Positions 34,390-46,800 of a stretch of DNA of 64,000 nt are shown here, piece by piece. The translations under genes and the position numbers were made by a program. The notes below the pieces were generated by a model, which saw nothing but the letters and a program-made list of their open reading frames with translations, searched no databases and was not told the origin of the DNA. Location of the stretch: contig NC_057719.1 in NCBI RefSeq assembly GCF_004010195.1, positions 86,144,056-86,208,055 on the forward strand, written 5' to 3'. This DNA is from Chiloscyllium plagiosum (taxonomy: Eukaryota). How positions within the stretch are numbered: the first letter of the stretch is position 1; each line of letters starts with the position of its first letter.

Positions 34390-36405
34390 AGAATATAGAA
34401 CGTAGAACATTACAGCACAGTACAGGTCCTTCAGCTCTCGATGTTGTGCCAACCTCTGGAACCAATCTGGAGCCTATCTACCCTACACTATTCCATTTTC
34501 ATCCATATGTTTATCCAATGACCTTAAAGTTGGTGAGTCTACTACCGTTGCAGGCAGTGCGTTCCACATCCCTACTACTCTCTGAGTAAAGAAACTACCT
34601 CTGACATCTGTCCTGTATCTATCACCCCTCAATTTATAGCTAAGTCCCCTCGTGCTAGCAATCACCATCCAAGGAAAAAGGCTCTCACTATCCACCCTAT
34701 CTAACCCTCTGATTATCTTATTATCTCAATTAAGTCACCCCTCAACCTTCTTACCTCTCACAAAAACAGCTCAAGTCCCTCCGCCTTTCCTCATGAGATC
34801 ATCCCTCCATACCAGGTAACATCCTAATACCTGAACCCTTTCCAAAGCTTCCACATCCTTCCTATAATGCAGTGACCAGAACAATACTCCAAATGTGGCT
34901 GCAGCAGCATTTTACACAGCTGCAGGATAATCTCGTCGCTCTGAAACTCAATCCCACTACCAATAAAAGCTAACACACCCTATGTCTTCTTAACATCCCG
35001 ATCAACCTGGGTTGCAACTTTCAGAGATCTATGCACCTGGACACTGAGATCTCTCTGCCTTTCTACACTACAAAGAAGCTTACCATTAGCCAAGTGCTCT
35101 TTATTCCTGTTACTCCTTCAAAAGTGAATCACCTCACAATTTTCCACATTAAACTCCATTTGCGACCTCTCAGCCCAGCTCTGCAGCTTATCTGTAATCT
35201 GCAACATCCTTCAGCACTATCCACAACTTCATCAACCGTAGTGTCATCTGCAAATGTATTAATCCATCATTCTACACCCTCATCCAAGTCATTTATAAAA
35301 ATGACAAACAGCAGTGGCCCCAAAACAGATCCTTGCGGTACATCACTAGTAACTGAACTCCAAGATGAATATTTTCCATCAACCAACACTCTCTGTCTTC
35401 TTTCACCGAGCCAATTTCTGATCCAAACCCCAAAATCACCCTCAATCCCATGCCTCCATATTTTGTGCAATAGCCTACCGTGGGGAACCTTATCAATTGC
35501 CACATCAACCACTTAACTCTCATCTGCCTGTTTCAGTACCTTCTCAAAGAACTCAATAAGGTTTGTGAGGCACGACCCACCCTTCACAAAACCATGTTGA
35601 GTATCCCTAATCAAATTATTCCTTTCTAGATGATATAAATCCTATCTCTTAATTTCTTTCTAGCACTTTACCCACAACCAAAGTAAAGCTCACTGGTCTA
35701 TAATTACCAGGGTTGTGTCTACTCCCCTTCTTGAACAAGGGGACAACATTTGTTATCCTCCAGTTTTCTGGCACTATTGCTGTGTGGTGTAAAATTATGT
35801 CCCAATACATGTGTGAATCATTATGCAACACATGTATTGGGCCAAGCAGTGGAATGTGGTGAAAGGGTTAAAATTGTGTCCCAATACATGTGTGAATCTA
35901 ACCGAAAATGGAAGGTGTCGCTTAGTCCCGTGTGAATCTTATTATACACCTTCCCGTGTGAATCTTCTTATCTGTATGTAACCAGAATGGAATGTGTTTT
36001 TTAGCCTTGCTCTGCTGTTCACATGAATGTTTATATCTGGAAAAGAGTATATCAGCTGGAAAAGTCTCCAGTTCGGTGAGTCTGCTCCGGGGTTACGTTT
36101 AACCGCCGAGCGTGGGTTGTTGGCAACCGCTCTACGAGAACTGACGGCTCCCAGTTCCGGTAACATGTAGAGTGAGTATAAGCCAGACCCGTTGTTTGGA
36201 CCTGGTTGTGGCGACGCTGCGGGGAATAAAATGCCCATATTCTAGCAGACTCGCCTCTTGGTCGTTTGTTCTGTGTCAGACTACTCTCCTACGAACCTGA
36301 CATTGAGAATTTTTTAAAACATGCTGTAGACACTGAAGACATAAAGATCAAAGCCAAAGGCTCTGCAATCTTGTCCCTGACTTCCAAGAGAATCCTAGGA
36401 TGAAT
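34390..36405 (-). mobile_element. 5'-truncated CR1/HER1 LINE with internal deletions, interrupted by a solo LTR
   Basis: RT peptides ([41 protein letters not shown]). The host resumes after 36321. Confidence 0.92.
35783..36321 (+). mobile_element. Young solo LTR (539 bp) with perfect 5-bp TSD
   Basis: TGT...ACA termini; TSD tgctg at 35778-35782 and 36322-36326; internal direct repeats; AATAAA at 36225-36230; CpG-rich. Confidence 0.9.
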
Positions 36406-37110
36406 CTCATCCAGAGAAGTTGTTGAGGGTGAGGACAAGCTCGGCCAAGTGGTGGAGGGTGGTGCTGGGTACGTACAGTTCAGGCCTTTGCTCCAGGAAG
36501 AAAGGGAGATGATCCTGGTAGGGGATGGACATGTAAAGAGATTGCATGTGCATGGCACTCAACCTCTGCAAAGGCAGGATTGGATCTAAGCATATGGAGC
36601 GCAGTCAATTTGGAGGGTGATAGGTTGGATTGGGTGAAGGGGAGGCAGAGGAATTGAGGCAACCAATTTCATGTTAACAGTTCTCAATGAACAGATCAAA
36701 TGCAGGTAAAAGGCCAGAGGGAAGGCTTCAGGAGGAGGGAGAGTGTTGGAGCTGGGTACCTGTGGGACATGGAGAGGACTCTTATCCAAAGATCGGTGTG
36801 GGTTTGTTGGGCCGAAGGGCCTGTTTCTACACTGTAAGTAATCTAATCTAATCTAAAAAAAAAATGGGCACAGAGTTTGAGTGGGTTTATAGTGGATATA
36901 AGTGACCAGTCTATCTCTGTGCCCATTTCTTTGGACAAAAGTCCTCTCTCCCATGCCATAAAAACCTTTGCTCACCTCAATACACTCCCTCCACCTGGGC
37001 TCCTCCGTTTAGCCTTGTCACCTGCACTTGATCTGTTTATTGAGAACTGTCAGTGTGACATTGGTTGCCTCAATTTCTCTGCTCCCTCACCCAATGAAAT
37101 GTATCATCCT

Positions 37111-37709
37111 TGTGACTATGCTGCTCCTTTAACAAGGTTATATTGTCCATGGATATTTTCAGAGGAGTCGGAAAGGCAGAGGTTCCGATATGTTTAGGTT
37201 TACCTTCTTGAAAATGCTTTTAAGTTTTTCTTTTAAAATACTTGTACAATGAAAAGTTCTCCCAGTTCAGGGTTTGGTTTGGTTTTAGCAAGCAGTTTGT
37301 TTGCAGCTGCTGATCAAGTTTTAGCTGAGAGCCCTGAGGCACTGCTGGACCCAAAGAAACAGCACCATGCTGATCCTCTCTCTCTCTCTGACGTCGCTCC
37401 TGTAAGGACCTGTGTTTGATTTTACATTTTTTACCAACAGGGTGTTTATGGGGATGTTGCAAGTATTTGGAACAGTATCATTAAGATGCGATAGAGCTGA
37501 TTGGGTTTTCAGATAAGTTATGTTATTCTATATTCATTTCTTTTTTGTTTGTGCATAAATGAAGTTGATTTTATTTAAAACTGAGTGGTTGGGACAGCTG
37601 CATCAGTCTTAGCTGCATCCACTCTACACCTGCTTAAAACAACAGGAAAAGTTAGGGTCAAGGCTACCGTTGAGAAATGTTTTGAGGGGATCTTGTCTGA
37701 TCCATAAGA
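37111..37709 (+). mobile_element. Solo LTR (Gypsy-like), related to 49844-50770
   Basis: Starts TGTGAC, ends ...tttgagggg.tcttgtctgatccataaga; shares blocks with the 49844 element; interrupts the Penelope host. TSD is not clean. Confidence 0.65.
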
Positions 37710-37820
37710 CCTTCTGAACTGACCGCATGCCATTTGCTTATATCCAACACTGACTTTGTAACTAAGCCTGTCCTCAAGGGTGTTGCTGCTGTAGTCTGCC
37801 ATACTGACCTCTACATTGCA

Positions 37821-39510
37821 GAGGAGAAAGTGAGGACTGCAGTTGCTGGAGACCAGAGTTGAAAAATGTGGTGCTGGAAAAACCCAGCAGGCCAGGCAGC
37901 ATCCGAGGAGCAGGAGAATCGACATTTCAGGCATAAGCCCTTCTTCAGGAATGAGGCTGGGAGTCTCCAGGGTGGAGAGATAAATGGGAGGTGGGTGGGG
38001 CTGGGTAGAAGGTAGCTAAGAGTGCAATAGGTGGATGGAGGTGGGGATGAAGGTGATAGGTTGGAGAGGAGGGTGGAGCGGATAGATGGGAAGGAAGATT
38101 GGCAGGTTGGACAGGTCATGAGGTTGGTGCTGAGCTGGCAGGTTTGAACTAAGTTTAGGTTGGGTGGAGAGGAAATGAGGAAACTGGTGAAGTTCACATT
38201 GATGCCCTGGGGTTGAAGTGTTCTGAGGTGGAAGATGAGGCGTTCTTCCTCCAGGTTTCAGGTGGTGAGGGAGTTGCAGTGGAGGAGGCCCAGGACCTGC
38301 ATGTCCTAGGCAGAGTGGGAGGGGGAGTTGAAATGTTTGGCCACGGGACGGTCGGGTTGATTGGTGCGGGTGTCCCGGAGATGTTCCCTAAAGTGCTCTG
38401 CGAGAAGGTGTCCAGTCTCCCTAGTGTAAAGGGGACCGCATTGGGAGCAACGGATACAATAAATGACATTTGTGGATGTGCAGGTGAAAGGCTCCTGTGA
38501 TGGATGTGGAAGGCTCCTTTGGAGCCTTGGATGGAGGTGAGGGCGCAGGATTTGCAATTCCTGCGATGGCAGGGGAAAGTGCAGGATGGGAGGTTGGGTT
38601 GTTGGGGGGTGTTGACCTGACCAAGTAGTCACGGAGGAAACAGTCTTTGCGGAAAGTGGAAAGGGGTGGGGAGGGAAACATATCCCTGATGGTGGGGTCT
38701 GTTTGTAGATGGTGGAAATGTTGTCGGATGATGCAGTTTATGCGGAGGTTGGTGGGGTGGAAGGTGAGGACCAGACGGGTTCTGTCCTTGTCGCGGTTGG
38801 ACGATTGGGGTTTGAGGGCAGAGGTGCGGGATGTGGATGAGGTGTGTTGGAGGCCATCTTGAACCATGGGAGGGGAAATTATGGTCTTTAAAGGAGGCCA
38901 TCTAGTGTGTTCTGTGGTGGAACTGGCCCTCCTGGGACCAGATATGGTGGAGATGGAGGGATTGGGAATACGGGACAGCATTTTTGCAGGAGGTAGGGTG
39001 GGGAGAGGTGTAATCCAGGTGTGGGAGTCGGTGGGTTTGTAAAAAATGTCAGTGTTAAATCAGTTGTCATTGTTGGAGATGGAGAGGTCCAGGAATGGGA
39101 GGGAGGTGTCAGAGATGGTCCAGGTGAATTTAAGTTTGGAGTGGAATGTGTTGGTGAAGTTGATGAACTGCTCAGCCTCCTCGCGGGAGGATGAGGTGGC
39201 GCCGATGCAGTCATCAATGTAGCGGAGATAGAAGTGGGAAGTGGTGCCGGTGTAACTACGGAAGATGGACTGTTCTACATAGCCGACAAAGAGACAGGCA
39301 TAGCTGGGGCCCTTGTGGGTGCCTATTGCTACCCCTTTCGTCTGAAGGAAATTGGAGGATTCGAAGGAGAAATTGTTAAGGGTGAGGACCAGTTCAGCTA
39401 AACGAATGAAAGTATCAGTGGAAGGGTGCTGGTGGGGAAGTCGGGACAGGAAGAAACAGAGGGCTTTGAGGCCCTTGTCATGGCGGATGGAGGTGTAGAG
39501 GGATTGGATG
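37821..39510 (-). mobile_element. Younger 5'-truncated Penelope element inserted antisense into the older Penelope
   Basis: GIY-YIG peptide FTCTSTNVIYCIRCSQCGPLYTRETGHLLAEHFREH...PVAKHFNSPSHS; YIDD RT motif (reverse of gtcatcaatgta, about 39210); TSD tacattgca (37812-37820) / tatattgca (39511-39519). Confidence 0.92.
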
Positions 39511-40879
39511 TATATTGCAAAGGCTGAGCGCCAGCTCTCAGATATCTCCTCCTACATTCTCCTGGACCATGGCCCCATCAAGCCATTGTATCAACTGTAG
39601 TCACTGACCTAATTTAATCTAGTGATTGCCACCTCATTGCCTCCAAACTGATGGTCCTCCAGCCCTGCACAGCTCACTTCTACCTCTTTCTGAAAATCCA
39701 CAAACAAGACTGCCAGGGCAGATCCATTGTGTCTGCCTGTTCCAGGCCCACAGAACTCATGCCTTCCTACCTTGACTCAGTCTTTTTTCCCCTGGTCCAG
39801 TCCGTGCCTACGCATATTCGTGATTTTTCTGATGCTTTACACGTTTCGTAATTTCCAGTTTACAATCTCCAGCTGCCTCCTCTTCACCATGTACATGTGA
39901 TCCCTTTACACGTCCACTTCCCATCTGGGTTCTCGGGGCTCTCCCTTCCTTCCTGGAGCAAGGCTTGAACTGCACACACCAACCACTTCCCTCCTCCGCT
40001 TGGGCGAGCTCGTCCTCACCCTCAACAATTTCTCTTTTAACTCCTCTTATTTTCTTCAGGTCAGAGCGGTGACCATGGCTACTCACATGGGCCCTAGTTA
40101 TGCCTGCATTTTTGTGGGGTACATGGAACATTCTTTGTTCCAACCCTATTCTGGTGCCCACCCACAACTCTTCCTCCAATTTATTCATATCATCATCAAT
40201 GTTGCTTCTCGGTCCTCATCTGGAATTGAAAAAGTTAATTGATTTCCCATCCAATTTCCATCCTGCCCTCACTTTCATCTGGTCTATCTCTGACTACTCC
40301 CTTCCCTTCCTCAACATCTGTTTCCATTTCTGGGGATAGATTGGCCACTAATATCCACTATGAACCCACCGACTCCCACAGATTACCTGGACCATACATC
40401 CTCGCACCCTGTTTCCTGTAAAGAATCCATTCCATTCTCCCAGTTCCTGTCTCCGCTGCATATGTTCCAATGAGGCCAACTTCGACAAGGGAGCCCCCAA
40501 AATGCCCACTTTCTTCCTCCACCAAGGATTCTCCAGCAGCATTGTCAACAGGGTCATCAACTGGGACTGACCCATCTCCCGCACTTCCACCCTCATGCCC
40601 TCTCTTCCCACAGCAATAGCAATAGGATTCCCATGTCCTTACCTACCATCACACCAGCATCCACATCCAGAAGATCATCAGCAACCATTTCCATTAACTC
40701 AGTGAGATGCTACCACCTAACACATATGCCACCCTTGCCTTGTCTGGCTTCCACAGGGACCTTACCTCTGGGACACTGTGGTCCACTCTTCCTTCACTCC
40801 TAAGACCCCTCTACGGCACCTTCCCTTGCAACCGCCGAAGGTGTAACACCTGCCCATTTACCTCCTTCATCCTTAGTAC

Positions 40880-41625
40880 TGTTATGAAGTTGAAGGTGTA
40901 TACTGTATCTTTAAGAAAGAGTGAAGGCTATTTTGGCAGCAAGAGTTTGTAGGCAGCCTAGCAGTCTCAGAGTGTACTGGAAAACTGAAAATATGCAACA
41001 TTTGGCAGTAAACTAGATACCTTCGTTGTATTGATACCATTTGAATTTAACCAATGGGATAAATTCCCTAGGATACCAAAACCCAATTGAATTTGAATTT
41101 TATTGTTTTGCCAGCATCAAACCAATGACTCGATCCAATGTTTGGGGTATAAATAAGCTGACATTTTCAGAGTTAGCCAGAGAGAGTAACAACCTGCCAT
41201 TCAAGAGAGAGAAACTGCCATTCAAAACACACTCTATCAAAAGGTACCTTTTTCATATGAAACATCTTCGCAGCAAAAGACCAAAGACGACCGAGGAGAT
41301 CTACAGCCAGAGGAAGACAGACCCTGACAACGACAGCCGCTGAATTAAGCTGATCTAATTTTAATACGGGCTTTTATTGGATCAGGGTATTGTTATAGGG
41401 TTGGAGGTAGATAACAGATCTTTAATAGAAAGGAGGCTTAGAGTTGCAAATACTTGTTGTTTAACGTTCACTTTTAGAGTTAAAGAATAAAATTGATATA
41501 TTTCTTTAAATAGTGGAATTTAGGGAGTTCTCTGTCACTTATACTTTAGCAGATTACGAGGCAAGGTGAGCTTTTCTGTGTGTTTGGTTTAAATAGTAGA
41601 AGGGTCCACCACTTATGTCATAACA
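40880..41625 (+). mobile_element. Solo LTR (746 bp, Gypsy-like)
   Basis: Perfect 8-bp inverted termini TGTTATGA...TCATAACA; 4-bp TSD gtac/gtat; CCAAT boxes, TATAAATA at about 41148 and AATAAA at about 41486. Confidence 0.9.
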
Positions 41626-42719
41626 GTATCCAAAGACTCAAACACACTTCCAAATGGAGCAGCATTTTATTTGCACTTCTCACAATCTAGCCTTTGCTGC
41701 TCACAATGTAGTCTCCTCTACACTGGGGAAATGAAGTGTAGACTGGGTGACAGCTTTGCAGAACATCTATGTTCTGCCCACAACAAAGACCCTGGACTTC
41801 CAGTTGCCTGCCACTTTAACATACCACCTTGTTCCCTGGCCAACATTTCTGTCTCAGGTTTGCTACAGTGTTCCAGCAAAGCTTGGTGCAAACTGGAAGA
41901 ACAACACCTCATTTAATGTTTGGACCCTGCAGCCCTCCGGACTCAATATCAAGCTCAATAATTTTAGGGCCTGAATTCCCCCATGTCCAATCCCCTACCT
42001 GACACACCACGCATTATTATCATGTAGTCTGCCATCACACACTAACAATAGGTTGTTTGTCACAAATAGTCTCTATTAACACCTATTCACCCTCCGAGCC
42101 AGATCATTATCGATTGCCTTGTTTGTCCAACTGTTCTTCTCTCTCTTTGGGCTCTATCCAAGTCTATCGTTTACTCCTTGGCCTCTCCCCCCACCTTATC
42201 TTCTGCATATAAACTGATTTTCCTCGCTACCATCCATGCTGAGGAAGGGTCACCAGACTTGAAAAGTTAACTTTGATTTCTCTCCACAGATGCTGCCAGA
42301 CTTGCTGAGCTTTCCGTGCAAATTCTGTTTTTGTCAGCCAATTATAGTCCCATCACTGTATTTTCCATCTTCAGTAAAATGAAGATTGGGGTCATCCATG
42401 TGACTATTAAGCAGCATTTGCCTGGCAATAACCTGCTCACTGATGCTCAGTTTGGATTCTACTCGGACCACTCAGTTCTTGATCTCGTTACAGTCTTGGT
42501 TCAAACATGGACAAAAGAGCTGAATTCCTGGAGTCAGATGTGAGTGACTCATACGCAAGCACTGGTTAACGAGTATGATTCTGCGTCACTAGTCATGGGT
42601 CCTTTGTGTCCTTGTGTGGCTGATTAATCCAATCCTAGAGCTGCACCTCCAGCCAAAAATTTGCAGCGATTTCCACATTTGAACCTTGGCCTCAAGATCC
42701 TTTCTCTAATTCCTTTTTT

Positions 42720-43800
42720 GTAATTCCTTTCACTGACCAGTGTTCTTAAAGGGTTCTGTCCCTTCATACAGGAGGCTCCCCAAAGTCAATTTGTTCTGAG
42801 CTAGGGTCTCCCAGGCATTAACATTCACGTTGCATTTTTTGAGGGAAGTCTTTGGGGAGTCTTTAAAGCACTAACTTTGTCCTTCTCTTGTTAGAACGCT
42901 TTCCTTGATCTGGGCAATGATTTACTTTGGCAGTTGAAACTCAGGCATCTTAAGCATGTGGCCAGCCCAGCAGAGTTGGTTTCTGACAATTATGGCCTTG
43001 GAGCTAGCATTATTAGCTGCTTCAAAGATGCTGATGTTAGAAAGCTTGTCTCCCAGTTGATATGGAGAATCAAACAGCATTAATGGTCCTCCCCAGATGA
43101 TACGTCTCCAGGTCCTTGAGGTCGAGGTCTACATGTAGTTCACATTTTTAAGCCATATAGAAGATTGCAAGGACAACTGCCTTATATGCAAGGATTTTGG
43201 TATCAGCGTCAGTATCAGATGTCACTGTTGTTGAAGATGCTCATCCTTAGACATGCAAAGTCGCCACTTGCAAGTTGAATGTGATACTAAATCTTCACAT
43301 TGATGTCAGCCTTAGATAACAAGTGACTCTCCAGCTAGGGGAAATGTTTCACGTTTGGGAGGATTTCACCATTGATCTTAATGGAGGAATTGAACTGGAA
43401 CTTGCCTGGGATGGGTTGGTAAACATTTCAGTCTTCTTGATTGAGCTGAGATCAATTCTTTCATGTCATTCCCCAAAGGCATTAAGTGAGGCTTAAAGAT
43501 TCTCTTCTGAGAACACGCAGATCATATTGTCATCTGCAGACTGAAGTTCCATCAGGGATGTCGTGTTATTCTCCTCTTGAATTTCAACTTATTGAGATTG
43601 GAAAGTTTTACCTCCACCCTGCAGGCAATGTCAACATTACTGGGAAGGTTTTAACAAGATGAAAAATGGTAACAATGCTGATGGAGAAATGGGTGGAGAC
43701 AGTGACACCTCCTGCTTGACCCCTGAATTGATCTCAAAGAATTTGTCATATTACATCGGTGCAGAACATTGCTGATATCTTATTGTGGAGGGGATGGAAG
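42720..43800 (-). mobile_element. Old RTE-clade LINE
   Basis: Reverse strand shows decayed RTE RT features (G.KQ..V..P..FSI; LQ.ADD; VKHFP.L.S.L). No intact ORF. Confidence 0.6.
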
Positions 43801-46800
43801 GTGTCCAGGTGGTGGCTTTAGTGGTGACTAAAGTGGTGATGACTTCACTGTCAGAGAATTGGTGGGTCTGATCTGTTTCTCCTGGCTATGCGGTGGCTTC
43901 GGTTTTGGCTTCTGAGATCTTTTCTTTGGCAGTGGCATCCCATAGCCACTTCAGAAAGTCAGGAATTGTGGCGGGAACAAAAGATGAACTTTGTCTTAGC
44001 TTTGTCTCAATTATTTCTTTTCATAATTTCTGTAACTAAAATGACATTGATTATGTCAATGTTCATAAATACAAATGACAATAAATTGCTATTCTATTCT
44101 AAGACCCCTCCCACATAAAGGTCCCTCCTTTAATATGTGCACACTTTCAGTATCCAAATTAGTGCACAGGATCATTATGAGTAAGAGTATATCTCAAGGA
44201 TGCTCAGCCATAAAAGTAGATCACCACCAATCTGCCCCTTCACTCAAATTTCCCCTATCTTTACTATCATTATTTAAAAAAGAATGATAAAGTCAGCATT
44301 GAAAGCTCCAATTGTCCTATCAACCATAGCCTTTGGTGCTTTTGATAAATTGTTGCTCCTCCTAAAAGTGCTTGATGTCCCTCAAGAATGGCCTAATTCT
44401 AACGGTAATACTATATTACCTTGATTCCCCACCAAAATAAGGAATAGTTTCTTAACTTTAACACAAACTATTTATTGTAACATTCTACCGTCATTGCAAA
44501 ACTAAATGGCAGGCTTCAGAGAGTTGACCCAAAAAAATCAGTGGCGAGCCAACAGATCACAAACAAGCTGGCAAGAAAACAAAACAAATAAAATGGAGTC
44601 AGACTTCAGCCACACACAAGGAGGAAGGACCCCCCTCTGAACTGCTGACAAATCTGACCCACTGGCATCTCCTGTAGTCCCAGCAGAATCAAGGCTCTGC
44701 AGTAGGCTCTTTGGGGCTAGACTGGGGTTTAGGCATATGGAAGCATGGGGAATGGATTTTAAAAGTATATTTTTGAATTCATTTTATTTCATTCATGGGA
44801 TACTGGCATTATTGGCTGGCCAGCATTTATTGCTTATTCCTATTTGTCCAGACGGCAGTTAAGAGATAACCACCTTAACCATGCCAACCATTTTATAACA
44901 TAGGCAGCGTAATATGGTATCAACTGATGTTAATGATTTATTTACATATCTTGAGCAGATTGCTGTTTCCAAAGTCCAACTCTCTATTATGAGGGTAAGC
45001 TTGGAGATGGGTGGGAAGTTGACGGACTGGGTATCCAACCAAGTTTGCATGTGTCCCCTAACGAAAATATACCTGGTTGTGCCACGCAATATCCATTCCA
45101 TACTGGATCGCTCCTCTATTTCAAACATGAAAGTGATGAACCATGTTTATCAAACTATCTTCATAACCTAATTCTTTAATCTCAATACCAACTTAATGAA
45201 TTTTCACTGCACATTTACATGGTTATTAAAAATGTGGGGCTCTTTGAGAAGTCACAAACAGTAAGTGTGTCCATGCTTGGGACTAAATAAATGGACAATA
45301 CATCCTTGGAAATCCATAACCTTTTCTGCTACCTCTCCATTCTTTCTCGCCAATGCCTTCATCAACAACCGAGAACACCATTCCTCAGCTGAACCTTTGC
45401 CACCAAAGCCATAGTAGTTCTTCAGAATTTGTTCTCAAATCTTTAATGTACATTTAACACACAGCAACAAATAATTAGGTTTAATATTAAAAGGTCATGG
45501 TCAAAAGAAAAACTGGGTGAAAAAATATACGTTAAGTACCAGTAGAATCACAGAATGCTGTATATCTGCAAATAATACTGTATCAGACTTGTGTTAAGCG
45601 CGTGAAGGGTAAGTTATTTTCATGATTTGCCAAAGCTAAAATTTGTTAAGTTTACCGGTTTTAATGTTGCAGAAGGTAATGTTCCTGAAAGGATAGGATT
45701 TGGGTTAGCTAAAGAACAACAACAACGGATTTTGAAGGAGACAGACTTAACATCGAGATTTCCTCATTGATTTTTTACAAATGCCTATCATAACAATGTA
45801 ACTTGCATTTGATTGCTATCACACAGTAAACTACATCTTATTTAAAGGTTCTTCTCATTAGACGACCTAGTAGTTTTCTTCTACCACACCAGACTAAGTA
45901 AACCTATAGATTGCAATCTACAAGGAGGATGGTGGCAGCAAACATCTACCTAATAGTGATCAAGAATCCAGCTAGCTCATAAAGTGTCATGTCAGCAGTG
46001 ATGATATGAAAACTAAATTGAGCTGCACCATTACAATATTTAGTGTCCACAAATTTTTGACTGAAGTATTAATCTTGATTGATGTAATTAGATTCTTTAA
46101 GCTTTTCAATAGTTTCAGAGGGGCAGAAATCTTTTGCCATAAAACCATTACAAGTGTTTTGCTTATATGTCTATATAATGGTGCTAGGCAAGGACAGTAC
46201 AGGGCAGACTGCACTAAGAGAAGAATTAAATAGCCAGCAAATAGTTGTAACAAAGGAGCATAAAGACCTGGCTTAAGATGAAGTGAAAGAAACTATTAAA
46301 CAAATTTGTTGTGCCCATACAGCAAAGCACAATGTCCTTAGTATAACAGGGGAATTGGGGGTAATGATACAGAGCAAGGAACCAGATATAGTAAGGATTT
46401 TGGAGAGATGATCACAGAAATATTAGGGTTATTGATTAAATAATGGATGGTAAAATATTTTTAGAAAAGATAGAGAACAGAAAAAGGATAGCTTTAAAAG
46501 GCTCCCTTTTTACTGGATCTACACTACCACCTCAACCATATGTCATTGAATAAGTCTACCACTAGCCTGCAACAGTTCAACAAGGAGGTACACAGGAAAT
46601 TTTGTCTCCTTTGCAAACTGATTTCCAAAGATCGTCTGGACATAAACAAGGATCAATATTAGAATAATGGACTTCATATCTAAAAGCAGTTTTTTGTGCA
46701 CATAAAAATATAATTGAGAACAAATGCTTCTTATCATTCTAACTGTGCATTTCTATTTTTAAGTCAATCCTTCCATTCTTCTAAACTTCAAGAAGCATAA

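Larger units (their letters stand above)
36410..42320 (+). mobile_element. Old Penelope-like element (RT + GIY-YIG) with an inverted 5' part and several nested insertions
   Basis: Peptides FYL.LKIHK.DCQGR.IVS, LVLTLNNFSFNS..FLQV....M.THMGPSYACIFVGYME, CSQC.LLYTGE.K.RLGD.FAEHL; terminal pLTR at about 42236-42320. Confidence 0.85.

Noticed and set aside
45256..45440. Open frame of about 60 codons on minus (EQILKNYYGFGGKGSAEEW...)
   Set aside because: No recognisable homology and no convincing splice sites.
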